Positions 37,501-51,089 of a DNA stretch of 64,000 bases are shown here, in pieces (the stretch's first letter is position 1; every line of letters starts with the position of its first letter). A program made the translations under genes and the position numbers. The stretch is from Lama glama (Eukaryota): contig CM052832.1 in assembly GCA_028534125.1 (NCBI GenBank), positions 6,264,001 to 6,328,000 of the forward strand. Reading direction: 5' to 3'. The notes below the pieces were generated by a model. It searched no databases and was not told the origin of the DNA. It saw nothing but the letters and a program-made list of their open reading frames with translations.

Positions 37501-39069
37501 ATACACACTAACACACCAAGTGACCTTTGGACTCAGAGGAACTGTGAGAATTAACCAGAATACACGTTCAGAAATTCTAGCAATAACCTCATCGCAGCCG
37601 TTCACAACCGTGAAATGAAAAAGGCTTCTGTGACTTTAAAAATGTTTCCAAATCCAGCAAGCAAAAAACACAGACGCTAATTTCTGTGTCGTAACAGCCC
37701 TGCGGCACATCCCTCAGTCCCCTTCTGACTTTTGTGTTTTCAGAAAACACGGGGTTGATTGATCAGGGAGCCCAGGAAAGGCACTGGGGAGTCAGACAGG
37801 GAACACGGAGAGTCTAGATGCTTCTGGGTGAAACACTGGGCTGGAGAGTCCTCCCTCCCACCGCCACGTCCCTCATCCCACTGTTTTCCAGCCTTTGCTG
37901 GACCCTTGTGCTTCTCCCCACCTCTCCATCTGGACCTGTCCTCCCTTCCTCCCTCCCACGTTCCTCCCACCTCTCTCCCTCTTTCCTTTCCGCTCTCCCA
38001 TCTGGCACCCTCTCTCTCTCCCTCTTCTCGCCTCCAACCACTTCCCATCTTCCTTCACCCTTTCCTACTAAGTTCAGTCCTCCATCCACTTGGCATGTCT
38101 GAAGCTTCACTTTTCTGAAGAGAGGTCATTTTCTACTCATCACACAGTCCCCGTGGGCACGGGGACAGTCACCACGTGACAAATTGACATTTTAATAAAT
38201 GTTTAGCAACAGCCCTACCTTATTGCCGGTGGAATGGCTCCACTTTGCCAGAGTTTAAACTGCAAAACCGTATCAACCATCTTATGGTTCCCACTGGGTC
38301 TTACGTTTGCCCCTTTTTCAAACAGTGGAGCCCTGTCATGAATCCTGCTCCCCCGCTAGGGCTGATCTTGCACAAATCCCACCCTCATGGGTCCTCGGTC
38401 TAGGGCTGTGATGCTGAAATGACACTGTCCGTGAGTTTACAGAGTTCATATCTCAGCAGGAGACAGGGTCAAATGGACAGGGCTTCACCACTCTGAGTTA
38501 TGAACGTCCCGCGAGAAATAAGCATGGTTTGTTAAGCAAAAACACCAGAGGGGCCCAGGCATCAGGAAAGTACATTTCTAGAGGATGTGAGAGTCAAAGG
38601 ATTCGGGGCTGGGGGGAGGGCATGCTTCACAGAGCGATTTCCAGGAGAGGAGAAAGGTTGGAGAGAGAGGGAAGGAAAAGGGGGTCAGGAGCGAGCAGGT
38701 GGAAGTGGGCTTTGAGGTCAGGGGGCACTGCTTAGCTAGCGCTGGGGTCTGGAAGGGGCTGTGAGCCATGTCACAGCATTTGTCCTCAGGTACTGAAGGA
38801 TGTGAAGCTGGCAGATCGTTTCATGAAGACTGCAAAGGAGAGACATTGTCTGTGAGTCTGTTTCTGTTTTATAAATAAGTTCATTCGTGTTTTTGTTTGC
38901 TTATTTACATTTGTGTGTGTGGTTTGTGCCGGCTCACACCCCCGACCCAGGGCATTGCTGTTCAAAGGCTGACCGTCACCCCTCGGAACAAAATGGTGAT
39001 GGTCCAGGCCTCCGGATGACACTGCTGGCTACAGCCAGCACCCCCAGAGTCCCCACCTTCCTCCTCTGG

Positions 39070-39235
39070 CAGGACAGGCTTCATGGACGGACAACCCGTA
39101 CAGCTACAAACAGCCCTGGGCTCAGAAGGGCCCCTGTCCTCTGGAACGTGCTGTGGTCAGCATCTCGAAATCCTCAGTTTTTGAATGAGGCCTCGTGTTT
39201 TCATTTTGCACTGAGCTCCCCCAAGTTATGAAGGG
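39070..39235 (+). mobile_element. MER91A-like hAT-Tip100 MITE
   Basis: caggacaggcttcatgg...gctcagaagggcccc...ttttcattttgcactgagctcccc matches the recalled MER91 consensus. Confidence 0.8.
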
Positions 39236-41134
39236 GCAGGTTTCCTCCTTCCAGCAGTCAACAGATGCTAGCCTTCAGATCATTTGTTAAACCCTAGGGC
39301 AAAATGGCCCCAGGACTTCAGGAATTCTTCCAAAAATCAGACACAGAATGTCACCGGCATTTCCAAAGACAGAGCTGAGAGGGTCTCTCCCTCGGCTGCA
39401 CGCAGACCCTTCTCAGGCCTGTTCCAGCCTGCCTCTCCCCAGCAGCTAAGTAACACAACGTCTGGACCGTGGCCAGAAACTGCTTCAGCTCAGTGCAAGA
39501 GGAAGAGGGCATTCTTGACTTTTGCAGAGTTAAACACTTGGAGAAACTTCAGGAGGAAAGCACTTGGTAAAAGGCGAAGCTGGCTGGCCCTTCCGCCCCG
39601 CCTGCTGCTCTGTTCATTCTCACGTCCATGATGCTCAGCAGCTTTATTCCCTTCTTGCCAGTGGTCAAAGGACACGTTTAAATTTCTTATTTCCTCTAGG
39701 GAGCCTGGAGAGAGGCAGCAGGCGTCTAATACAGGAAATCATGTGGAGAGGATCTCGTCTTTAATACAGTTCCCAGATGACTTCCCCTCCCCCAGCCTCC
39801 GCCCCCACCGCCAGGCACACTGAGCCTCCCAGCTTCTTCCTGCAGCAGAGGCCAGAAGGCACTCTCACCTCTGCTCCCTAAGGTCTGCGTGAGCCCGAGG
39901 ATCTGAAGGCTGGTCTTGGGAAACCCCACCCTCCCGGGGCTGGGGGATTGAATCGGGGACCCTGAAGTCTCACCTCCCCAAAGAGGTTCCTGGGACGCTC
40001 TCCAGGACAAGGTTAAATTTCAGGAGCCTGCAAAGCCCGGAAGAGAAAGGTAGGTCCCCTGCGCTCTTTTATTTTGTCTTGTTGGCTGTGGACCACGCTG
40101 TGCTGAAGCGGACGTGTGTGGCCCTATGGCTTTTCTAGTTGGCTGCGTGCTTTCAACCTGTGCGTCTGGTTGAGATTTACAGGACCAGGAGGAAACATAG
40201 TGAGAGAGGAGAGGACCTTCCGTTGTTTTGAATTTGCGCATCTGTGGATAAAGGATGTTTAGAACCTAGAACACAAGGCTTCCTTTGGAGGGCAGATCTC
40301 ATTAGAAATTGCATTTGGGGGCTGCTGTCTAAGGGGAAACAGTTTACCACCTGCCCTTCCTTTTCAACAATGTAGACCCCTCCCTTGATTATTTTTTTTA
40401 TTTTACTCATTTCTGAGTCATTCCTTTTAGTTAGAGATGTTCTAGACCTGACAGAGGATTTTCTAACAGGAATTTGAATTGGTGTTTCTACTTTTGGATC
40501 CGGTGGGCTGTCTCTCGTGTTATTTTCCAGAATTTGCTATGAAACAATTGTTCTTCCTGACGTTTCCTGAAATTAGATGCAAGGAGTGACAGTAGCTATC
40601 AAGGGATGGCTGAGAAAGCTGGTTTTATTTACTCTGTGGTAATAACTTCCTGCAGGGACGCTGCTCTCCTTAGCGGGCTGTATTTTCCAGTCATTATTGG
40701 AGCTCAAGATTCTGTGTTCACTGAGACCCAGTTGGGGAAGTGGGAAGCAGATCTAGGCTTATTCAAATAATATGCCATGTTTTTTTGATCTTTTTTGCCT
40801 TTTGTACTTTCATTGTTTCATTTTTGTCCTTAGAAGCCACCTTTCCTCCTGGAGAAATATTTCACAGCAACTCCATAGAATACTAGTCCATTTATACCCA
40901 TTTCTTTGGAAGCTGACTGCTCTTTCCTAACTTAGTTCAGATGCTCAAAATTTTTGCCACTTACGTATTTTACCCCAGCGCAATCTCCCTCTCTCCCATC
41001 CTCCATACCCTGCAACGGGGCTCTTGGAAAAATGCAACTCTGGTAATGTCACTCTTCTCAGGGAAGCATTCCATTGCTCCCCATTGCTCACAGCCTGCTT
41101 ACCTAAAAGGCAGCTCAGGGACCAGCTATAGCAG

Positions 41135-41255
41135 GCAGCGTGAAGCAGCTCGTTAAAGATGCAGGCTCTCCATCCCTTCCTGAGACTTACTGAATCTGCA
41201 TTTTAACCAGGTCCCTGGCTGATTCCTATGCACATTTAAGTCTGAGAAACCCCCA
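41135..41255. mobile_element. MER5-family MITE fragment
   Basis: gctcgttaaagatgcaggctc...actgaatctgcattttaaccaggtccctggctgattcctatgcacatttaagtctgagaaac. Confidence 0.7.
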
Positions 41256-44200
41256 CTTAAGGAGGGTAGACCAGATCTTCAGGGTCTGCTCCTTCTCATC
41301 CTGTCAGCCTCACCTCTCCCCACCCAGACTTTCCAGCTGTACTGAATACCTTCCATTTCCCCTGGACGAGAGAGCTCTGATGCCTACCCAGGTCTATGCG
41401 TGCTGTTCTCTCTGTCCCATATCCTTTCATTCATCTTCACCCAACTACCCCATGCAGCCTGATCGGTCCACCCTACACCCCCCTCATCCAGTCCACCTTA
41501 TACTAAGTGCCCCGCAAGTCTGCAATTTTATAGCACTCAGCAAAATGCTTCTGTTGTAGCCCTTAGCACATTCAACAATGGTTGCTAGGTTTATCTTCAT
41601 CCTTGAGGAGTTACTGGTCGTTGACTTCTGAATCTGTAACACTTGGACCAATGCCAGGTGCATGGCTTGTGCCTCATGCTTTTGAATTCATGAACAAATG
41701 GCTCAACAAATGAATGGATTACATTGTCTGAAGACCCCAAACCGATCACCAGATTGAGATCTGTAGTTGGAAGTTTTCCAAGGGGATGGCCAAGCTCTAT
41801 AACATTTTCCCCACACTCTCCTTTAAGAGAGTTGCTAGATTCCTTTTTTTTTTTCACCAAGTATTTTGAGTACCTGCCACAGACCATACCTTCTAGAATC
41901 GATTTCTTTTTGGCTCTGTGAATAGTCTCTCCCATCAGGTGTTTCACTATCAGTGCCCCTCATTCTCCACCACTCCAAGTCAGAGACTTACTCAACTTTC
42001 AGCATAATGAACCCCTTCCGAGAACCAGGCACTGGATAACATGCCAGGTGAGTCCTGCCTCCACGCACCTCCCCATCTACTAGCTTGCTTCTCCCTAAAA
42101 AGCGTTAAGGAAATCTGAAAGCCTTATCTCTAATAAAAGTTGGCACCTCCAAGTAAAGACATTGGGAGCTGGCAGGCCGTGTGATTTAGTAGAAAGAAAC
42201 CTGGGCTGTGCGTCAGCGCCCTGACAGAGTCCAGCTCCTGCAACTCCTTTGCCAGGAGACCACTTCACATCCATTCTGTGGGTGGGGCCACAGCCATTCT
42301 CTGAATCTTGATTTTCTCAAGTGGTGAATAAGACAGGGAGCTGACAGGAAAAGGAGCCCCTGTCTTCGTGAATGTAGAGAGAGGATGATCCCTGTGCTCA
42401 CTTCTGTTGGCTCCATGATGATGCGAAGGGCAGCGCTCTGTCCTTCTCTGAGTCAAACCGGCGAAGAGGTGATCTTACAGAGGCTGTTTCATTTTTTCTT
42501 TTCCCACATAAAGACTTGTGTCTTAATCAGATTTCACCTAGGAGCAGGTGCTGGGGGCCGGCCAGAGCGCCCTTTGTCCCCGAGCTCTGGGCTCCCACGC
42601 GGTGCGTGGACAGCTGGGAGGACACAGATACTTTCTGTTTGTTCTCCAGACACAACCCACCAGCCTTAGGCTGCAGCAGACTCTCCAGGCACGCTCAAGG
42701 AGCCTCCCTTCCCCTGCCTGAGCCCTCTGGCCTTGCTCCCCCATTGTCTGAAGCTTCCAAACGAAATGCCTTCTGGACCCTGGACCCTGGACCCCGGACC
42801 CCCTTCAAATTCCTTCTTGCTCCCATCCACCATTCCTTATGCATCATTTTGCCTCCAGACCTCCCACACACCTACCTTGTCTGCAGCCGCCTCCCAGCAG
42901 CCAACGTGTTTGCTGGTCATTTCCTAATCTTTCAAATTCACATTAACCTCTGTTATTAAGCACATGTCGTCATAGCAACAGAAAAGAGGTTCACCTGCAT
43001 GGGAGGTTTCTAACGACCTGCCCGAGATCTCAGGATGTATCTGAGGTCAATCTTGCCTACACCGGCTCAGCGTTTCTTCTTTAATTCTTCTTTGAATCTT
43101 CCATCTGCCACTTCTTTCAATAAGTAGTTGTATCCTCTCGAGGTCTTAGATTTGTTTCTGAAAAGGCAGGGTGATATTTAGCAAACAAGGTTGTAGAAAA
43201 GATGAATTAGCTCAAGTACCTACTGTGTTGCCTCCAAAATGACATCAGATCGGGAAAGAAGGGGGCTGGCCAAGATGGTGAAAATGAGAAAATTGTCATT
43301 TGCAGATTAGTTGGAGGAACCAGGGGACATTTAAAGTGAGAAGTAAGTCTTGCATCCCTGGAAGGTGGGCTTCAAATATTTAAAGATCGCTCTAAAAAGA
43401 GGTTAACAGACGATCAGCACCTGGAAATTCTAGGGGAACAGGTTTTAGCTCAGTTTGTGGGAAGATTTACCCACCATCAGAATTGTCTAAAACTGGGTGA
43501 GCTGCCTTGTGGCAGGGTGAACGCCCTGTCCTGGGCAGAGTTCCAGCACCCTGGAAGACCGTGGCCCGGGTGTTCCCAACGGGATGCCCATGCTGGGTGG
43601 AGTCTGGGTGATGACCTCAAGGTCCTTCCCGCTCAAAGCTACTGAGAGTCTTGTTATATCAGGGTGCAAACCAAGCCGCCAAAAGGAAGGTTTGCAAAAA
43701 CAAACAAACAAACAAACAAACAAACACCAGGCTACAGAATGATCCAGGCTGCCTTTTAACCATCTAGCCTTACCCATCAGCTGCGTTTCTTTTTAAATGG
43801 GGTCTATGTAACAGCAATCAAGTTAAGTTGGAGTTCCAGGAAAAAGCAAAACAGAAATGAGAACAATGAGATGGGAAAAGTTCACTCCAAACCGCTCTCC
43901 TCGGGTTACTCTTTAACTAGATTGTAGGTTATTTCTTGTGCTGCAAACACATTCCTATTTGATGGAAAAGTGCCACATTTTGTGCATTTTCAGCCAAACT
44001 GGGGTCAGGCAAGAAACAGTAAGACTCAGAGCTTTGTACCTGATCTGCGCTGTTCTACAACATGGAAACCCTGGGATGCGGGCGATGGAGTCTTCGCCAT
44101 CCAGAAATCTAACATTTAAAAGTACAGAATAAATGGTCCTACCATCCTCTAAATTTTGAGCACTGTAGTGGGATATTTGACTTTTGCTGGAAGAGGAGAG

Positions 44201-45223
44201 CTGGCTGGAGCTGGCCGCCTGTTCTGAGTTTATCAACCATCATTTTACACCCACTTTTCTTTCTGTACTAAATTAGCCATGTCATTAACAGCCTCTCTGC
44301 CAGCTCAGGAGCTGGAGACTTTTCCAGAAGGGAGAATTTAGCTTAGGGGGCCCTGCACACATCACTCACATCACTGCTGCATCTACCCTGGAATTCTTTG
44401 CTAACACCGCATCCTTCGGGGTCTCAGACTGTCTGCTCTTGTAGTTTTAAACCGTCACATCTTTCTGCAGTTGCGTGAATGACATCTCAACATGCTTTGA
44501 ATTTCTTCAAGCTTGTTTTGAAATCTCATGGGAAAGAAGCTGTTGTCTTTTCCATAGAAATGGGTATCAGTAAACCCTACATTTTGTCAAATCGAAACAA
44601 AACAATGATATATTTTATTCTCCCGGTTTGCCCTAAGCTCACTTTCTTGAAAACAATTAAAAAAAATTCCTTTGAAATGTAATCAACTATGCAGGACAAA
44701 ATCACAGAAGCCCAGGCAGACCAGCACATTTATTTTTAGATGCCCATTAGCCCACCCCGCATAGCAGAGCAACTGTCTAATGTCCAAACCTACGGTCCTG
44801 GGAATTTCCTCTAACAAGCGTTTGTTTCCGCGCATTGTTACGGTACAAAGGGCGGCGGGGGCCCTGAGTGCGAGGCTCTGGGTCACCCCGCCCACCGTGA
44901 AATCTGGAACCTGTCATTCCCGTGTCTCTGCGGTCCTCAATGCTGGGGTCACAATGCAGGTCGCCCGGCAGCTCTGGGCACATGCAAATGAGTAGACATG
45001 TATGCTTATATCATCTAAAAATATCCCAGAGGCCCATGATGGCATTTCAGAAATAGAGGGTCAGCTTTCTATTTGTAGCCTCACCGGAGCTGAGAAGTGA
45101 GTTCTGGTCTCCCTCAGAAACGAGGATGTCATTCGAAGATCCTGGGTTACACTGCAATTAATAAAGGCGTTTTGAAGCATGTTATAGTATTAAAAAATAG
45201 ATGCATGAACACACAGCCCCAAT

Positions 45224-45230
45224 ACACACA

Positions 45231-45272
<42 letters not shown>
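45224..45272. repeat. (CA)n microsatellite
   Basis: Direct reading. Confidence 0.95.
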
Positions 45273-45276
<4 letters not shown>

Positions 45277-48200
45277 AAAGTCACCTTCAACTTTCCTATT
45301 ATCCTAGCCCAGTTTCTGATCCCTGACTTATTTATCTACAAAACAGATGCAACAAACTTCACATCCTTTTGGGGAGAAATAAGGTGCAACATTGCAAATA
45401 AACTGACCCAAACTAGACTTTTGCTTACGGTTTTGCATTTTGGTCCTAATACGCTTTGAGTTCCTTACAAGAAATTACTGTGAAAATATTTGCCATCAAG
45501 TCTCCAAGGGGTTTTGTTGCTGTTGTTTGGGAGTTTGCTTTTTTGTTTTGGTTCTGGCGTGGTTTCTTGCCACTGCAGAGGAAGAAGCTTAATTTGTTAC
45601 TTAACGGGCACACTTTGCTAGGAGAGTTTTCATGCCTCTGTCAAACCTTCCTCTCTCCTGGGAAGGTCACTGCATTGCTAGTCAAGGTTGCGACGCTCAG
45701 GGTTATGTCTGGGGGTCACTATGGAAGAGGAGCAGGTGGGTCTCATAGCGGTCCACACCCACCCTGTGTGGGTCTGTGATCTGCATCCCAGCAGCCCCAT
45801 ATGAGGATGGGGCCCCTGCGGAATCAAAGACGCCAGGGGCAAGAGGACCTGCACGTAGAAATGCCAGCCCTGAGCTGGAGCGCGGTCACTGGGCTCTGCC
45901 AGCAGGTGGACTTCCAGGTCCCCTCCGGGTCCGCAGATGCCGGAAAAGGTGTTCTAGCCCTCTGGTGAAAAATGTGCGAATGTTAGTCAAATTGCTTTTA
46001 GGGATTGTTTTGTTTGTGAGTGTTTATTATCAGACACCCCTCAGGGGTTCACAGGGCAGGTTGCGAATGTCCGAAGCAGGGCCTGGGAATTTCCTTCCAC
46101 AAAAGCTGTGCTTCCTCTCTTTGTTGCTCCTCAAAGGACAAATGCAGGCATTGCTCAGGATCCTTACTTAACCCTTTCTCCTGTCTGCCTCCACATTGCA
46201 GACAAATCACCCTTCCAGACTTCCAAGAAGCAGCAAGATTTCAGACCTGGGTTGTATGTGTTTGCACCTGCAGCTGCACATGCAGACAGACATGTATATA
46301 TACCGTGTGTGTGTGTGTGTGTTTGTGTGTGTGGTGAGGGGGAGGTCGATGGAGAAAAAAATAGGTAATAATGCATAAAACTTATTTCAAAAGCTCTCAT
46401 TCAACATTATAACGTGCACCCAGTCATTGTTCAGATCCCGTGAAGTTTCTTCTTTCTTTACCGTAATACATTTTCATACTGCAAATGCAGACCCGGTTTC
46501 AGTTCCCCATCCACAGGGAAGGATCCTCCTAGAATGATGGTTGCTTTTCCCCTTTGGAGTCTGGTTACTGGCTAATGCGGGGGCACAATGAGTGGAAAGA
46601 GCTCTCCATCAACCAAGTTATTTACCAAGCATATGCCCCGTACCTGAGTTCTATTAGGAACCCAGGGAAAGCAGAAGTTCTGCTGGCAAGAAACTTTGAG
46701 CACATCTGACGAATATGTGGACACACATGGGAGTGCAAGGAAACAAGATAACCGGGGGGTCTAAGTCCAGGAAGACCAGAGGAGGCCCCTGAGCCCTCAG
46801 GCAGCCACGGATTCTAATTATCCGTAGACACATTTTCCCATCGTCTCCTCATCCTCAGCTCTCCGAGTACCAGCACGGCCAAGTGCACATGCGCACCTGG
46901 CACACACGTACACACATGTGCACACACAGCTACACAAGTGTACACACACACCTCACTGTGCCTTCTCAGGGGAAATCATTCCCTTGGCCTCTCACCACCA
47001 ACTCCACGAAAGTATCTGCTTCACCATCCATCTCTTCCTCCTGCTTTCCTGCCTCAAGGGCAGAGACCGTCCTTCCCAGCACCCAGAGCTCAGCTCTCAC
47101 TCCCTGCCATCCTCCCGATGGCCAGTGGCCTCCTCCCCTCTGATTGGCTTTTTCCCACCCATTTAATTCTAATTAGGACCTTCTCATCACAAAACAGGAG
47201 CAGCACTTTGCCGACCCTGTGGCTCCTCGCCCGTCTTCCTTTCCTCCTCACCGTGAAATGCGTGAAAGGATTGTTGATGTTCATGTCCTCATCATCACCA
47301 ACCATTCACCCTCGGGTCTGTCTCCCCGCCTCTCCTACCCCCAGCGCACCTTAGCAAATGCTCTTGCCAAGACTGCCTATGACCTCCAGGCTCCTAACCC
47401 CCTTCACTTCATGGTCTACAGCACCTGACTTTGTGGATTACTACCTTCTCTGCTCTTGTCCCCGCCTTCCCGTCTCCTGATTTCCCTGATTGCTTTGCCG
47501 GCTCCTTTCCCTTTGCTGTTCCCTCAGCCTCCCGATGGCCATGATCTGGACCACCTGCTCATCTCCATCTGTGCACCTGCCTGCTGCCGCTCATCCCTCT
47601 GCCAGAGCCCTCTGTTCCCCCATCTCTGTTACATAAACTACTGATCATCCAAAGCCTGTTTTAAATGCCACCAGATTGCTCCCTTTTTACATGTCTCCCC
47701 ATTCCTGTGCAGAGATGACCTCTCTTCTGGGCATCCTCACAGTCCCTCGTTGTAATGCCTTTGTCTTTGTATTCTGTCATTGTTGCCATGCACTTCTTTC
47801 CTAGGACGTACGGAGGCTGTCTTATTCATCTTTTTATTTCTAGCCCCCAGCACAGCACCTGGCATATTGCCTTTTCGATAAATGTTTTAAAAGTGTCATT
47901 GACCAAGCAGACATTTTGGTGACCATATCCCTGAGCCTAAATAACATCTTTACTGTATGGAGATGGATGTATTACTAAATTTTTACTTAAATATATTTTT
48001 TGTAAGTTAAACTACACATATTTCGACAAGCAACACTATTTCATTTTCTCTCAAAATCGAAATCACACTTCCTAGCACTTCCGATTTGAGTTTTCAATCT
48101 CTGTTTTCAAGCAGAAACAAAAGACAACTTGGATTTTATGTTGAATTGAAATTTCCCATCAGGGGAAATGTCAAAATGTGTCCAGAATGACACAGTGTTC

Positions 48201-49125
48201 TCGTGCACCTGCAGTGGGGTTGCCGTGGTGCAGCCGGACTAGTGTTTTGTCAAGGCTGCGACTTCACTGCGGAGCTGGTGTTATGCAAACCTTCCCCAAC
48301 TCCACCTGCAGATCCTTTGAAGCCACAGAGACTGATTTGCCGAGTTGTTTGAAGGAGAACCATGGGGACCCCAGGAGAATGAGCCTGGATACTGAGTCAG
48401 CACCAAATCCACCAGTCGCCCTGTCTCCGGAGAGTGCATAGGGCAGGGATGGATCTCAGAAGGCAGAGCCAGAGGCTCACCCACCTCTGGGTGGGGACAA
48501 TATTCTGCATCCTCAGCGTGGCTCTGAGGAGAAAATATGGGAACCACCATTTATGTTGAAAATGTCATCCCCTCACAGTCTCTCTTAGGTTTTTGTAATA
48601 ATTCATATATAATATTAGTACAAGAAAACTGTCAATGGCGTATAGGATAGGAGAGATACAAGCATGGTTTGTCCAAGTGTGGTCTAGAGATCGCCAGGAG
48701 GTAAGCTGACGGGGGCCCTGGTTGCCAGGCCTTACCTGGATCTATTCAACCAAACCTGGGGGTGGGGGAAGGTGGGGGTGGGGGCAAGAAGGGCAGCAGA
48801 GTCCACATTTTTCAACCAGCACCTTAGATGTTTCCTCCAAAGTCTGATGGACATTTAATTATACATAAGTAACAATATTTAGAAAATACCTGCCAGCTTA
48901 TGCTTAGAAAACTGTCTACATTAGTGGCTTAAGAGGCCCTTCCCTGCATCCCCCTGAGTGGGTTAATGATTGTGCCATCTGGGCTCATCTTTGCAGAGAG
49001 TCTTCCTGCTGAATTTGAACCCTTCTCTGGGCCACAAGCTTAGAAGAGAATCCTGTTCTGCTTGGCACCATCCCTCATACCACCATGCATTTAACTTTTT
49101 GTTTGTCTTGGAGCACAATATCATC

Positions 49126-49575
49126 AGTAATAGTATAGCATATAGTATAGTGTATAGTACAGTAATAGTATAATATATAATATATAGTATAGTACATAGC
49201 ATATAGTATTGTGTATAGTGTATAGTATTAGTATAGTATAGTAACAGTATAGCATATAATATTTGTATAGTGTATAGTATAGTAATAGTATAATATATAG
49301 CATATAGTATAATACATAGCATATAGTATTGTGTATAGTGTATAGTATACTAATAGTATAGTATATAGTATAGTAACAGTATAGCATATAGTATTGTATA
49401 GTATTGTAATAGTATAATACATAGTATATAGTATTAGTACATAGCATGTCGTATTGTGTATAGTGTATAGTATAGTAACAGTATAGTATATAGTATGTAG
49501 TATAGTAATAGTATAATATATAGCATATAGTATAATACATAGCATATAGTATTGTATATAGTATATAGTATAGTA
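49126..49575. repeat. AT-rich (TATAG)n-based tandem repeat with ~120-bp higher-order unit
   Basis: Lines 49141/49261 and 49201/49321 align in register. Confidence 0.9.
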
Positions 49576-50643
49576 AGAGCTGGGTTTGGGAGTTTGGGGT
49601 TTGGATTCTGCCTCAAATTCTTCACTTTGTTGGACCTCCAAGCTGCACAGGTTTTAGCAGAGGCATGGTGGTTGGTTAACCTTCCTAAGTCTCCCCTCTC
49701 CAAGTGGGAATAGCTCACCAGCTCACAGATCGTGAAAATTAAATGACGTCATGCTCACACGATTTTTTTTAAGTCACTCAGAACAGACATGTGACAGAGG
49801 GAATCTCAGCAAGAGAGAGCAATTAAAAATAACAACAAAAGCGTCATCAACACCAACAACAGAGGAGCAGAGTGATTAAGCAATTTGCCCAAACTTACAC
49901 AGCTGGTAAATGGTAGAACTGGACCCTGCACCCAGGAGTCTGGTGCCACCACCCATGCTCTTAACCTTTCCTCGAACCTCTAATAACGTGCCGCCTCGAG
50001 AGTTCACTGGTAACCCACACTGACTGAGTGCTAGCCTACACTGGGCTGGGTGCTGGGCCCAGAACAGTAGACGAACAGGATCCTGCCTTGGGCATGAGGG
50101 TGGGGACGAAGGGGATCTCAGGACGGTGGAAGAGCTCACAAATAACCTTCATCATGCAGTTCAGTAAATGCCTTGACAGAGGGAAGTGAGGGCAGAAGTG
50201 TTCACCCACATAGAGGGAGTCAAAGCAGCCTTGCCTAGAATGACCTTGACCTGGGCCTTGAAAGACAATGGACACAGACAAGGGAAAACAGAGGAAGGGG
50301 GCAGTTCCAGGCAGAGGCTGAAGAGCACAGTGCTTGCAGGGCACAGAGGGGTCCAGAGAGGGGAGGGTAAGAAGAGAAGAAAGTAAAAGAGAGAAGTGAA
50401 GCTGGGTGTGGAGGCAGAAACCCTAAAGATGAAGGGTTTTAGCTGAAGATAACTGTATGTCATTTTACGAGAGGAGAGACTTTCCATGAGCCAACCCAGC
50501 AGCTACGACCGATCTGCCGGTGTTTCTCTAAATGTGTGCAGAGCTTCTGATTCTGCTGGCCTGCATCTGGAGACTAGGCATCAGAATTTCCGCAAAGTAG
50601 AACCATGGAGAACCACCAGGGTAAAAATAATCAGGCTCTACCT

Positions 50644-50825
50644 CAGTGGTTACTAAGCTTTTGTGTGCATCAGAATCACCTCTGAGCGTTTTGTTTAAAC
50701 GCAGATGACTGGGTCCCATCCCCTAGTTTTAGATTCTGGGGATCTACAGTGGGTTCAGGAACATGCATTTCTAACGAGTGTTCTCGGGTGACGCCAAGGC
50801 TGCTGGTCTTTGACACTTTACAGAG
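50644..50825. mobile_element. MER5A hAT-Charlie MITE
   Basis: cagtggttactaagcttttgtgtgcatcagaatcacct...tgcatttctaacgagt...gctgctggtc. Confidence 0.85.
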
Positions 50826-51089
50826 CAGAGCCTCAGAGTGTGAAGCCAGGAACTTAGGCAACATTATTTAGGTGATGCTTCAGCTGAACTAAAATGTGAA
50901 AATTCCTGGGAGGAAGAATGAGTGTATCTCTTATTTCCTTTGCTGTCATGCTCCTTTGACTTTGAAATATTTCTGTAGTTTAAGAAAATCGAACGCCAAT
51001 ATCCTGACATTCTGACTCATTTTGCTCTGTGAGTGATCAAAATACGGTGACTGGTAGGGCTCTTGGGAATTTAAAAAATCAACCCTTTG

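Noticed and set aside
37740..38118. Cluster of Pro/Ser-rich and Gly/Arg/Glu-rich ORFs
   Set aside because: Low-complexity pyrimidine-rich tract that lacks stops for compositional reasons.
48963..49718. Tyr/Ile/Thr-rich ORFs in several minus-strand frames
   Set aside because: Translations of the (TATAG)n array. It is also not a CRISPR array, as there are no unique spacers and the DNA is mammalian.
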